The notes beneath the pieces were generated by a model. The model was not told the origin of the DNA and searched no databases. It saw only the letters and a program-made list of their open reading frames with translations. Positions 1 through 13,755 of a DNA stretch of 64,000 nt are shown piece after piece; within the stretch, counting starts at the first letter, position 1, and each line of letters begins with the position of its first letter. The position numbers and the translations under genes were made by a program. Source of the stretch: Octopus vulgaris (Eukaryota); the NCBI GenBank assembly GCA_951406725.2, contig OX597817.1:43214001-43278000 (forward strand), given 5' to 3'.

Positions 1-67
1 ATTATAAGCACAGTACTAGGGAACCACATTGTTGCGATGAGACTTCCTTAATCACGCAACTATATTT

Positions 68-655
68 AGCGCGTGGCTTAGTGGTTAGGGTGCTCTACTC
101 AAAATCTCAAGATTGTGGTTTCGATTCCAGAACCGGACAGTTTGTTGTTTTCTCGATCAAAACGCTTCGTTTCACATTGTTCCAATTCTCTCAGCTGTAA
201 ATGATTTCCAGCAATAGCTGCGAAGTTATCCCTGAAACAAGCAACGGTAAGTGATGTCCTCTCAGTCGCTTAAATGCCATAGTAACCGGGTTAAGCTCCG
301 GCCTAGTGTGTCTTAGTGTTCATGAGTGAAGGCGCCTGGCTTAGCGGTTAAGATATTTGGTTCGTGATCGTAAGGTCACGAGTTCGATTCCTGGCAGCGC
401 GTTGGGTCCTTGAGAAAGACACTTTATTTTACGTTGCTTCAGTCCACTCAACTGACAAAAATGAGTTGTATCTGTAATTCAAAGGGTCAGACTTGTCACA
501 TTCTGTGTCAAGCAGAATCTCCCAGAGAACTACTTTAAGAAAGGTACACGTATCTGTGGAGTGCTCAGCCACTTGCACGCCAATTTCACGAGCAGGCTGT
601 TCTATTGATCCTATTAACTAGAATACTCGTTCTCATAACCGACGGGGGGCCAGTT
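68..655 (+). mobile_element. Two adjacent tRNA-derived (CORE-type) SINEs; family also on minus at 31986-32312, 53535-53915, 45935-46230 and 4130-4300
   Basis: A box TGGCTTAG(T/C)GG, B box GTTCGATTCC, shared body CCTTGAGxAAGACACTTTATTTxACGTTGCTxCAGTCCACTCA. Confidence 0.7.
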
Positions 656-1456
656 ACATGACGCATATAATTGATGATTACAAAACGTAAATGCTATAGT
701 TTCGTATAATTAGTTGATTTTCGTCAGGAAATGTATTTTGTTTTCATACGATAGACGATTTTTTCCCGCTGGAGTTAAGTACAGAGCCCAGTTGAATGCT
801 GCCTAGGACACCAAATTGTGAATAACTGAAAAATCTACGAAAATGAAGGTCAATACTTTAAACGATGTAATAAGATATTGCCAAATATCAGCGACTAAAC
901 AATTTGGCTGTCGCTAAATATCAAGAGGTATTGACATTTAGACGAAACACTGCAATCCTCTATAATCATTTCGTGACAAAACGACTGAAAGCTGACTTAA
1001 AATGTAACCCTTGATGTCATAACTTTCACTGAAGAGTCATCAATATTAACCTGTAAGAGCGATAATAGTAGCTGTTTAAGAGATTATTGCAATTCTTTCG
1101 AATAGCTGCACTGACGTTCGACAGGAGTAACTTCTTGTTGATGTGTCTAGAGACTTAGATTCTTTTATAGATTTTGGTGTGAACTTTTTGATGGTATTAA
1201 GGATGGTGGTATTAAAAAGTGTCAAACTTCTATTGAAATGTTTTCTTTTATTTTTCTGTTGGAATAGAGAAGAATATGATAAATATTAAATTTTGCGAAT
1301 GATTTTTGTGCCATTTCATTTGACTCTTGCAATTGCTGTAGTTGATTTTTCCATATTAGGATAATAACACATAACTTTTTGTAAGTCCTCGCAATAGTAG
1401 ATATTAATTTTTGTTCCTAGACTTCAATGTTAGTCTTGTAACTGCAACAAAAAAGT

Positions 1457-1835
1457 TGTAGCGTACGCTACAGGGCTGAGTGCTCTGTGGTCAGTGGTCT
1501 AGAACCAAAGACGCTCGATTCGATGAATCGCTGTGTTTTATAGCAAATTACAGGCTCAAACGGAGCTTTAGAAAAAATCTGTGTCACGGGACCTTATCAG
1601 AAGGATGCGATTGGTCGGGCTGCACATTGGTGCGTAATAGAGCAAAAGACAAACTGCGCTAATACCAATCAATAAGAGTAGTGGACACAACAGGGCTCAA
1701 ACGGCCGATGGTTAGCTGTTATCTGCTACGTCCGTATTTATGTTATATAAAATAGAGAGAGAGAGAGAAAGAGAGAGAGAGAGGGAGAGAGAGGCAGAGC
1801 GAGGGAGAGAGAATTTCACTAAGCGTACGCTACAA
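1457..1835. repeat. Possible MITE with short TIRs
   Basis: TTGTAGCGTACGCT / AGCGTACGCTACAA. Confidence 0.45.
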
Positions 1836-3408
1836 AGTTATTTTTTAAAAATACGGCATGATTTACAACATTTCTTGTTTCGTATTTGAAAACATTCCAT
1901 ATTTAAGGTTTCTTTGAGATTTTCGTTTCGTAATTCTTTAATGTATTATAAGGATAATACGTTTTTGCTGCCACTACATGACTTAAACATTTTGAATGCT
2001 CAGCTAACCGCACCAGTATTGAAAAGATCAAGTTATCTTTTCCTTTAGAAACTCCTGAAATAAAACAAAAACTAAACTGTCACTCCCACAAAAATGAATT
2101 TGCAGCAGGTTGAACACTGAGTGTTTTCTTTGCAGTTAGAAGGTTTCAATAAGCACAAAACAAGATTTTTCAAACTGAGTGATGACATCATGAAAAAAGA
2201 AATAAGAAAATAACTAATCAAAGACATTTAACAGCTGCATATAAATTTCACTAACTGATGTCAGCAAAAATAGAGACCAATCGGAAGTTGTTTATTACAA
2301 ATCTGTTAAGCTTTGATTAAGCTAAACATTGCTTATAAAAAGACGAGCAAAGAACAGATAGACAATCAGGCGGACACAGTCAATCGGACATAGTCACGGT
2401 CACTGACGGAGGGACAAAGAAGAAACAGAGGAAGAACGCAGTCATGCGTTAAGTTAGGCTAACGGCTATCCATCTTTCTTTCTTCCACTTCCTTCCTAAA
2501 GACGAGACGTGCTTTTACTTGTCTCTTCTCAAAGCTCGTTTTTCCAGCGTTCATCATTTCACATCGTCTTGGCTTAACAGCCCTCACCGTTTGTTTTTAC
2601 TGTTTTGTTCTCACTGTCCTGTTTTTGTCACCACTTTCACACTCCGCAAAAAATCCCAAATTTTATTTAATTTGATTTTCGGGAAGGACTGTTTTAATGA
2701 AGTCGCGTCTTGTCCCTATATTCGAAAAACGGAGTAGATAAAACAGGGGACAACTGATGAAGGGAATGTTTTTTATGTTGCCTGTCGCGTTTCTCTGTTT
2801 CTTTCGTTGTTTGAAAAAAGTTCGTTTTGTATATTTTTGTTTTTATGTCCTCGTTTCTCATTTTTTCTACGTTTTTTTATGTCCTGTATCCATATATGCA
2901 TGTATATATACATATATATGTAGGTATGTACATATATGTATGCATATATGCATATATTTATATGTTACTTATAACTTTAATATTAGTTTTGTTCATAAAC
3001 CAGGCTTGCCAAAAGGAACAATCTGCAACATCTAACGACCAAACTACAATTAACTTAAAAATGAACTATAATGTGGGACACTTGTATTCACAAACTTACC
3101 CCTTCTCTCTTCTCCTCTTTATATATATATATATATTTACACAATCACACAAGCTGTCTGACTAAATAGCTAAGATGAATATAACATTCTGTTACAGAAG
3201 CGGACTACAACATAAGTCTCATTTTCCGATTTCGCTTTCTTTTCTTGGAACCGTCTTGTTCCAATTTCAACTTTTAACAATAAAACAGATAAGTGATTTA
3301 AAAACGACCGACCAATCGTATTTTTCTTTGGAGTCTTTCATGATCATTAAATTAATCTCAGTGTTGAAATCTGTAAAATATTTTCTTTTCTATTTTGTTT
3401 ACTTACAG

Positions 3409-3745
3409 ATGGCGCTGTCTCCTTTCGACAAATCTAAGAAGTATGTCGACGTTGGCAATCCGGGATTTTATTCACCAACCATACACAGTTTGAGTGTTCT
3501 TGATTGGCAGCCCAGTCGGACTTCTCCATACGACATGTGGCGTTGGAGAGAACCTCCAGACGCCAGTCTAACGCGGGAGTCAGTCGGCCGCTTGTCACGT
3601 TCCTATTCTTTTAACGAAGCTGCCAATGATTATGAAACAACTCACTTCCGGCTGAAAGTTTGCTGTACAGTGTTCTGGCTGTTCGTTTTCGTTCTCTGTG
3701 TGACTGCAGCTATCATAATCTCTGTCCATTTCTACAAAACAACAG
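3409..3745 (+). CDS. Host gene coding exon 1: cytoplasmic tail and type II transmembrane helix of a corin/TTSP-like SEA-Frizzled protein
   Basis: Pyrimidine tract then ttacag|ATG; MALSPFDKSKKY...FRLKVCCTVFWLFVFVLCVTAAIIISVHFYKTT with one hydrophobic stretch preceded by basic residues; donor CAG|gtaaac; 337 nt, ends phase 1. Confidence 0.85.
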
Positions 3746-5255
3746 GTAAACAGATCAGCGATATATTTCCACAGTATGAATATGATGCTTTCTATTACAC
3801 AAGGGGCATAGGACACTGTGCATACACAATACCACCTGCACCATCCATCCTTATACATACATACATTCAAAGATACATACATATATACACACATATACAT
3901 ACATACATACATACATACATACATACATACATACATACATACATACGTACGTACATACATACGTACGTACATACATACATACATACATACATACGTACGT
4001 ACATACATACATGCTTACATACGTACATACATACATACATACATACATGCATGCATGCATACATACGTTCATACATACATACATACATATACATACACAC
4101 GCAGGCACGCACACACATATAAAAAAAATGCTCCTTTTCAAGCCAAGCCAGGCTCATAAGGGCTGGTTTCCCGGTTTCAGTGGCATAGAAATTCCCCACC
4201 TGGACGGGACGCCAGTCCATCGCAGCGTTACTCATTTTTGCCAGCTGAGTGAACTGGAGCAACATGAAATGAAGTGTTTTGCTCAAGAACACAACGCATC
4301 GATGAAACGTTGTGATGAGGATAAATATCTGTCAAATGTAAATAATGTAAATAATGTACATAATTTCTCACCTCTTAAATATAGAACTGTATTAGAATAA
4401 GTACCAGACTTGAAAATTAATCTGTGGGAGCGATTTGTTCGACTAAAAGCTTTCTGCATAACTGCAGTTCGATGACTGAAACGAGTAAAGTATAAAAGAT
4501 AAAAGAGAAAGGGGAAAATGTGACGTCATGCGAATACTTTCCGTTGCTGTCTGCTGAAAAGTTCAGTAAACATTCAGAAGACATTTTTTCAAATCAAAAA
4601 TGTGAAGAAGAAAAAAAAAACAACTAAAAAGCAAACAAAACACACAAAACCAACAAGAAGAAACAACAGCAAAAACTAAAAATTAACTCCCCCTCCCCGA
4701 AAAACAAAATCAAATTTTGAAGAGAACTGAGTTTGTTTGGCTTCAACGCGAAATATTTCACTGTTTGGATTTGTGGTTCGACGACTTCTTACGACAAACT
4801 GCCTTTCAGGTTCGTAAACCATAGAGTGACCCAACATAAAAAAATCTAGAATAAAAGTATTTGGGAGATCCACAATATATGTGGAAACCTTATATTTGGA
4901 TCCCATGTTTATATATCTCTTTACTCTTTACTCTTTTACTTGTTTCAGTCTGCAAATAATCACATACCTCACTAGTCTAGGAGATTCTGCCGACACTAAA
5001 TACCTTTCCTTTCTTCATTAAATAACTAAATTTCCCTCACATCACACCTTACATATTTTTTCGAGGACCACAATGGATAAATGTAGTTTTAGATACTTCA
5101 TGCTTGAATAAAAAAGACGAGATGTTCATGATGAGAATACCTTTGATCATATGTCTTCTCAATGAGGTTGATCTGGGACCAAAATATGATGATAACATCT
5201 AAATACCATTTTTTCTGTAACTTTGTTTGAAAATCAATTCGTTTATTTCTTTCAG

Positions 5256-5285
5256 ATGTTGTAACAGACAGTCCAGAAAGCGACA
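5256..5285 (+). CDS. Host gene 30-nt micro-exon (DVVTDSPESD)
   Basis: tttctttcag| acceptor, |gtaagt donor, phase 1-1, open in the frame required by flanking exons. Confidence 0.7.
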
Positions 5286-5433
5286 GTAAGTAGAAATTTT
5301 CTATTGTTTGTCTTTCACATTGACTAAAAGCATTCATCTGGCTTCATATAGTTTTATTTAATAATTGTAATATCTTTATTTATATTTAACTAAATATTTA
5401 ATTTCTTTTAGACGTTAAGCACTCTACGGCTAA

Positions 5434-5540
<107 letters not shown>

Positions 5541-6012
5541 AAGAGAGAGAAAGAGAAAGAGAGAGGGAACGCGGTTGTCTAACCTGTTTGAAATTGCAGT
5601 GAAATCTCAAATGAAGGATGCATTAAATAATTTAGTCCTTAATCCGATACACCCAAAACAAGACGGGATGGTCACAGCTGGAATGCTTTTGATCAAGATT
5701 TGCTCTATGAAGGCTGATTTAGGAATAAACAAGAACATGCGATGATTTATCTCGGAGACATGGTAATTATCACTTAAACTAGACACCAAAATATGGAATT
5801 AAAAATGGATTTTAAGATTTATGTGTTGGATGCAGGGAGCAGATTGCTATTTTGTTGTAAGATCAATAAAACAAAGAGTCTAGTATCTCAAAGGATATTA
5901 ATGACCAAGTTGGTTGATCCACAGTACTCCATGAGGAGCATAGGACTGGTTTCCCAGTTTCGCTGGTGTGTATATTCCACTTTGGACGGCATGCCGGTCC
6001 CTTGAAGCATTA

Positions 6013-6520
6013 CCGTAAATCCTCGAGTATAATCCGCATTTTTTCCCCAAACTTTAACGGTCAAAATCCCTAGTGCGTACTATATACGAGGTAAAAAATG
6101 AAAAATATTTTCTAAGCAATGTCCAAGTCTCTATTTGCTGTCCGGCAATTTTAATTCAGACGCATTTTATGATGTCGGTCGCGAAAATACCTTAAGCTAA
6201 GCCTGAAAGCAATGAAGTCATAAAAGAATCATCCATAACTTGCAGTAAGCAACATTTATTAAACGTTATTACTGTTATTTCTTTATTTTCTGCAAACAAA
6301 ATGCACAAAAACGCTACACGTTTACATTATGTTATATATACAATAATAAAGGATATTACTGCATACATTTTACAAACAAAGGACGTTATATAGACCTCCT
6401 TGACTCAAGTTAGAGAAGGGGTGCGTATTATACACAAGGTTTAGGTTTTTCAGAGGTACAACCCCCTAAAGATCCCCTGCGTATTATACTCAAGGGCGGA
6501 CTATACTCGATGATTTACGG
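6013..6520. mobile_element. pogo/Tigger-like MITE nested in a SINE
   Basis: TIRs CCGTAAATCCTCGAGTATAATCCGC / GCGGACTATACTCGATGATTTACGG; TA on both sides; SINE halves resume on either side (about 5915-6670). Confidence 0.8.
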
Positions 6521-7023
6521 TACTCATTTTTACTGGCTGAGTGGGCTGGTGCATTGTGAAATGAAGTGTTTTGCTCAAGAACACAACGCATCACCGGGTC
6601 CAGGAATCGAAACCACAATCTTACGATCTTGAGCTCAACACCCTAACCACTAAAGCATGAACCTTCACTTAGGCTGAATTACATGGACAAAATATATCAG
6701 ATTTATTGGAAGAAAGTTAGTGTGTGACAATCATGCCTTTCTCAAAATTCTTAGTGGTACTGATAGAGTGTAGCAGTTATAGTCGAGAGGTGAAATGCTA
6801 TGATGTTTTATTGTGGTTGCAGACTTCTGGTATATTCAGCCACCAACTATCAAATCACCAACACGTAATCCACGATATCTCTTCTAAAGCTTCTACGACT
6901 CTCTGTAATATATAGCTGCGCATACGATACTGTTCTGGTACGCACGCGTATTTATACAATTCAGAACCTTCCATTGACGGGGGCGTTCGGATTCCACCAC
7001 CACATGAAACAAGACAGCAGGTA

Positions 7024-7214
7024 GCCGTTCAAGAATTTGGGCCTGGAGATCTCCATTTCCAGCGACTTCGAGGGCCACCTCCCAGTGGTGTCGGGCGTCA
7101 ACGAAGAGCCCTCGACTACAACAAGACGACCAAAGTGTTTTTTTTCAAGGTCTGGGGTCTCCCGCCCCTAAGCCCTAGAACTTCACCTAATCATCCTTAC
7201 CCGTCTTATTGCTT

Positions 7215-7259
<45 letters not shown>
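7024..7259 (+). mobile_element. Short retroposed insertion with (AAC)n tail and 16-bp target site duplication
   Basis: AACAAGACAGCAGGTA at 7008-7023 and 7260-7275. Confidence 0.7.
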
Positions 7260-7264
<5 letters not shown>

Positions 7265-8270
7265 GACAGCAGGTATAAACGGGCTGTATACTTGGCTCTT
7301 TACATGTTTAATGGCATACAAGATGCATGGATATATTAGACAAACCCCAATTTCAGCAACACATTAGGACAAAAGTTTTAGTGCATTAAAGTATGTAATT
7401 TAGTCCCTAGCTTCCCATTTAGGACCCGGGGTGATTTTCTGAGACATATTTTTGTGAAAATAAGTGCGTCATATATTCCATTAGAAAACATGTTGCTCTG
7501 CTTTTGATAAGAATATATATGCTCACAATGTGTGGGTTTTCTACCCTTTTGATACCAACCCACCTGAGGTTATCCCCTAGTTGTATGATACAAATTTTTA
7601 TCTGCTTTAAAGTATGTATGTATGTATGTATGTATGTATGTATGTATGTATGTATGTATGTATGTATGTATGCATGTATGTATGTATGAATATATGTATG
7701 TATGTATGTATGCATGTATGTGTATGTTTGTGTATGTGTGTGTGTGTGTGTGCATAGTCCACGAAGGCTGAAACTTCGAAGTCACTGTCACCCTGGTTCT
7801 TATAAAAGTATGATACACTCTGCAAAAAATATTAATTTTTCGATTTAATATAAAATTGTTCTCGACATAAAACAAAACTTAACATGTATGTATATATAGA
7901 TATAAATGTGTGTGTGTGTGTGTGATACCTATTGTGAGGTAGAAACACGTGTCCATAGCTGTCTTTTTTTTTTTTATTATTCTCCATACAATCAGACTTT
8001 TTCTTAATGGCGTATTAATGTCGCAGAATTCAATTCCCGATATTAGCCCCCTTCTCATTCAGAATTGGCTGTAATTGCCTAAAGGTAAATTTTCCTCTAA
8101 AATTTTCTCTCGAATTTCAATAAATCAAAAAATTTATATTGTATCGCTTATCTACTTCTATTTGTTCTTATTGTTCATATTTATGCCTCTGGCTACTCTG
8201 AAGTTATTTCTGTTACACTATTATTGTTTTAATTATGTATATATATCTCACGGCCTGCAACATACTTTAT

Positions 8271-8433
8271 TTCTTCTTCTTCTTCTTCTTCTTCTTCTTC
8301 TTCTTCTTCTTCTTCTTCTTCTTCTTCTTCTTCTTCTTCTTCTTCTTCTTCTTCTTCTTCTTCTTCTTCTTCTTCTTCTTCTTCTTCTTCTTCTTCTTCT
8401 TCTTCTTCTTCTTCTTCTTCTTCTTCTTCTTCT
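8271..8433. repeat. Pure (TTC)n tract, about 54 units
   Basis: Uninterrupted trinucleotide repeat. Confidence 0.97.
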
Positions 8434-9324
8434 ATTACCAATATGGTTTTGTCCGTTATTTCACCATTTTTATTTTTCACTTATTGTTTCCTTCACACAC
8501 ATGCAACACAAAACGCTTGGCCGTCGTACAATGTAAGATCGCCAATGTAAGTGCCATTCCGATATAATCGACCCCGCAATTATCACGGAACTTTTCACAC
8601 GAAATCATTTGCGTGCATTGGTGCCACAGAAATAGTTGCAATTATTTATACAGATGTGCAGATTTTATTCTTCGCTTTTTCATTCGGATTATGTGTTATT
8701 CTTCGTAAGATTCATATACTGAGTTTACTCGTGATGTAGCTGGAATTTCTTCATCAGGGGACTTTGAATTTTTCTCGTGATGCCAACTCAAAAGCTCTAG
8801 ATAGCTAGATAAGGTTGCTTTATTTTTAGTTTTAACTTAGAAATGGAGAAAGATATAGTGCTAGATCTAAAAAATAAGCCATTTGGGGAAAGTAATAAAG
8901 CGGAAAAACGTGAAATTCTTCGAGCAGGCATGTATCTTATGCTAAATTTGAAAATCTGTGATAAGCCCGAGTGACGCTGATGACCTGGAGTCACCTCTGA
9001 TAACCTCGTTTAGGCTTAGCAGCCCTTCCTGTTTGTTTTCACTGTCTTGTTTGTGTTACCAATTTTGACCCTTCGCAAAATCCCAAATTTTACCTAATTT
9101 GGTTTGCGGGAGCAACTGTTTTATCGAAAGTGTATATTGTTGTTAAATGCTCGAAATACAAAACTAGAAAACAACCAACAACTGATGAAGGGTCGTTCTT
9201 TATGTTGTTTATCTTGTTTTCCATTTGTGTCTTTTGTTGTTGGAAAAAAAAGTTCATATTCCATGCACTCGTACTTTGTATTTTTTGTTGTACACGTTTC
9301 ACGATGTCCTATACTCACATATGC

Positions 9325-9369
<45 letters not shown>

Positions 9370-9380
9370 CATACATACAT

Positions 9381-9440
<60 letters not shown>

Positions 9441-10267
9441 TATATATAAAACTGAAATGCGTTTTTACCGCTTGGTTCGCTTTCAATGCCACTACATCCC
9501 GTCCGATTCGCTCCAAAATTTACAGGGACATGTAGAATGAGGTGACGATGCGCGTGGGCTACCTTAGAAATCCCTATCTTAAAAGCTGTGCTTTCTAGGG
9601 GCCATCTTCCTACCTCACCCTATTTCCTCCAGTACTCTGTCACTCCTCTTCATTTATAACTTTCAGAATGCCACTACGGTTATTTAAAGTATCTGTCACT
9701 ATCGCTATTTCCTTTCTTTTTCACTGACTCTGTTTCCTACCTTCCTATCACTTCGGCGGCGTTCTTTGAAGTATATGTCTGTCACCAACAATCAACACAC
9801 GGGCATGAGAACAAATATTATGAATCAGATATTCTTGCGTTCATTTATATGTGTGTGTGTGTGTGTGTGTGTTCTATATATGTATGTATATATAATGTAT
9901 GTGTGTGTGTGTTCTATATATAAATATGTATATATAATGTATGTGTGTGTGTGTTCTATATATAAATATGTATATATAATGTGTGTGTGTGTGTGTTCTA
10001 TATATAAATATGTATATATAATGTATGTGTGTGTGTGTGTGTGTTCTATATATAAATATGTATATATAATGTATGTGTGTGTGTGTGTTCTATATATAAA
10101 TATGTATATATAATGTATATATACAAAGTGTATATATCTGTATTTATGTATATTAAACTTTTTCATACTTTTTCATAGTTATATATATTTTTAAACAAAT
10201 TATAAATATAATTTCATAATTTTTATTTTCAATTTAAATAATTTAAAGTTTTCAATTTTATATTTTA

Positions 10268-11282
10268 CTGGCAGTATCGCCCGGCGTTGCTCGGGTTTGT
10301 AAGGGAAATAACTATATAAGCATTTTTAGTGAGTTATAGCAAAAAAAATAGCCAAAAATGCATTAAAGATGGAATAAAAAATGATAGTAATTTCTTTTTT
10401 AAATCGTTGACTCATCGTAGACATTTTTACAGAGTTACTTCCCTTATATAATAGCGAAAAATACATTAAAATGGAATAAAAAAATTATGGTATTTTTTTT
10501 TTTAATCGTTGACTCATCGTAGACATTTTTAGAGAGTTACTTCCCTTATATAATAGCGAAAAATGCATTAAAATGGAATAAAAAATGATGGTAAATTTTT
10601 TTAAAATCGTAGACTCATCGTAGACGCGCGCTAATACCCAGAAGGCCTCGATATGAATCACGACTATAAGATACCCGGTTTTGGTTACACTGCACCGCAA
10701 AATGTGGGAGTAGTTAGGAATCTAAATCGTAGGAGACAGACACACAACCTTACTTTTATATATAAAGATTTGTGCAACAACTAAAACATTCGGTTGTGCA
10801 AATTGTTTGCACAGGAAACCTGCCCTGTGTGGCGGTTTTTGCCGTTTTTGTGGATCTGTTTCAGCTTTTTTAGCGATTTCTGTTTTGGCGACTTCAAGCC
10901 ATGAAGTCGTTGTTCTAAAAGAACGCTGGTCTCCTTCACAACGCATTACGACGTTGATTTCCTTACACTCCCTTCCCCACAGCTTCACGAGGGAGGGAAG
11001 AAGGGGAGAAGCAACACAGGTGCAGGCGTGAGCATGGACGCCAACTCCGCCGCCATCGACACACGAAAAAATATGCATTAAAATGGAATAAAAATGATGT
11101 TAAATTATTTTTAAAATCGTAGCCTCATCGTAGACGCGCGCTAATACCCAGACGGGCTCGATATGAATCACGACTATAAGATACCCGAATTTGGTTAAAC
11201 TGCACCGCAAAATTTGGGAGTAGTTAGGAATCTAAATCGAAGGGGACAGACACTCACACAACTACAGTTTTATGTATATAGA
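10268..11282 (-). mobile_element. Second non-autonomous Helitron family nested in unit 1, with internal tandem duplications
   Basis: Minus strand begins TCTATA and ends CCCGAGCAACGCCGGG hairpin ...CTGCCAG; inserted at A|T; empty site present in unit 3 near 13549. Confidence 0.8.
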
Positions 11283-11425
11283 TATATTTTCTATGTTATA
11301 TTTTCTTTTTTTATGTTTTTGTTTTTGGTTTTTCACTGTTTGATTTGCCTATTAGTGGTTTTATCTCTAATTTAATTTATACAGATATATATCTCATTTG
11401 TATACATTTGTATATCTAATGCGTG

Positions 11426-11459
<34 letters not shown>

Positions 11460-13700
11460 CACATATATATATGTGTGCATTACGTAGTCGGTCGATTCAC
11501 CTGAAAATATGCACACCTATGTTAAAGGTGCTGACAAGTTTGCATCACAACTATTTTGTTCCTCAAATGAAAGGCGTCACCTCTAGGACAAAATTCCTCA
11601 TCTTATAAAATGTGGCCCCAGTACACCCGAATGAAATCGGGTTATATTAACCAAAATGTGAAAAGGGGTCTAAATGGGGCTGGAGGGGGATTAAAATTTC
11701 AAAGAGCGGGTGTTTAGGAATTCTCTGTTGCATCAAGCTAAAAAATTTGCGCCAGCCTTTTAATCGTCAATGTGTTGCCGTCCATGATAAAGAAGTTTTG
11801 AATGCTTGCCATGGTGAGTCTACTGTCGTGAGAAAGAATCACTTCAAAAATTGGTGTTTACGAATTTTCTTTTACATCAAGTTCAAAATTTTACGCCAGC
11901 CGTTAAACTGTCACTACGTTGCTGTCAGTCGTTAACAAATGCCAGCCATGGTGACTCTACTATCCTCAGATTCTATCCCTTCAAACTTTGGTTTCCAATA
12001 TTTTATTATTTTTATTCAGCTCGCAAGTTCGTCTGTCCCTTTTAAATGTTAGCGTTTTGCTGTCTGCCTTGAAGCAGACCTTTCCATTGCCACTGCCTGA
12101 TATTTCTGATTGATCTTTCTAAATATTTTATTTCTCAACTTACTCAAGATCTTCTGTTGTTTATAAATGGGAGAGAGATAGATAATGATAGAGAGTAAGA
12201 GAAAGCGAGGGAGAGTCAGAGAGAAAAGAAAAGTAAGAGAGTGGGAAAGTGAGAGAGAAAGGAGAGAGAAACAAATACGGAGAATCATCATCATCATCAT
12301 CGTTTAACGTCCGTTTTCCGTGCTAGCACAGGTTGGGCAGTGTGACCGGGTCTCGGAAGCCAGGAGGCTGCACCAGGCTCCAGTCTGATCTGGCAGTGTT
12401 TCTACAGGTGGATGACCTTCCTAACGCCAACCACACTGTGAGTGTAGTGAGTGCTTTTTTCGTGCCGACGGCACTGGTGCCAGGGGGTTCGCAGTGGCAA
12501 CGATCGGTTGGTGCTTTTTACGTGCCACCAGCACAGAAGCAAGTCAAGGCGGTGCTGCAATCGGCCACGTTCGGATGGTGCTTTTACGTGCTGAAAGGAA
12601 GCAACAGAAAGTAACACCCACACTCTTACCCGCGCGTAGAGCGGGTCACCTTCAGCTAGTATATATATATAACTGAAATGCGTTTTTACCGCTTGGATCG
12701 CTTTCAATGCCACTATGTCCCGTCCGATTCGCTCCAAAATTTACAGGGACATGTAGAATGAGGTGACGATGCTCGTGGGCTACCTTAGAAATCCATATCT
12801 TAAAAGGTATGGTTGCTAGGGGCCATCTTCCTCACTCACGCTATTTCCTCCTTTCCCTCTCTTACTCCCCTTCATATATAACTTTGATAAGTCCACTACC
12901 GTTATTTCAAGTATCTGTCACTCTCGCTATTTCCTCTCTTTTTCACTGACTCTGTTTCCTACCTTCCCATCACTTCGGAAGTCAAGGCGGTGCTGCAATC
13001 GGCCACGTTCGGATGGTGCTTTTTACGTGCTGAAAGGAAGCAACAGAAAGTAACACCCACACTCTTACCCGCGCGTAGAGCGGGGCACCTTCAGCTAGTA
13101 TATATATATAACTGAAATGCGTTTTTACCGCTTGGATCGCTTTCAATGCCACTATGTCCCGTCCGATTCGCTCCAAAATTTACAGGGACATGTAGAATGA
13201 GGTGACGATGCTCGTGGGCTACCTTAGAAATCCATATCTTATAAGGTATGGTTGCTAGGGGCCATCTTCCTCACTCACGCTATTTCCTCCTTTCCCTCTC
13301 TTACTCCCCTTCATATATAACTTTGATAAGTCCACTACCGTTATTTCAAGTATCTGTCACTCTCGCTATTTCCTCTCTTTTTCACTGACTCTGTTTCCTA
13401 CCTTCCCATCAATATATATCTGTATTTATGTATATTAAACTTTTTCATACTTTTTCATAGTTATATATATTTTTAAACAAATTATAAATATAATTTGATA
13501 ATTTTTATTTTCAATTTAAATAATTTAAATTTTTCAATTTTATATTTTATATATTTTCTATATTATATATTTTTTAATGTTTTTGTTTTTGGTTTTTCAC
13601 TTTTTGATTTGCCTATTAGTGGTTTTATCTCTAATTTAATTTATACAGATATATATCTCATTTGTATACATTTGTATATATAATGCGTGCACACACACAC

Positions 13701-13755
<55 letters not shown>

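Noticed and set aside
68-400. tRNA-like A/B box sequences
   Set aside because: No complete cloverleaf; they continue into SINE bodies, so they are SINE heads, not tRNA genes
2752-2830. CTGATGA in a repeat shared with about 9010-9260
   Set aside because: No correctly placed GAAA, stem III or cleavage triplet; not scored as a hammerhead
3175-3408. N-terminal extension of the 315-aa ORF
   Set aside because: Reads as intron ending in a polypyrimidine tract and AG; the true 5' exon was not identified
4521-4528. TGACGTCA CRE-like palindrome in intron 1
   Set aside because: A single 8-mer is expected by chance in 64 kb; no supporting evidence
7766-7797. GAAAC-TTCGAA-GTC with AGT/ACT flanks; similarly degenerate motifs near 35190, 38190 and 58650
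   Set aside because: Core or stem II too decayed to call from a single copy
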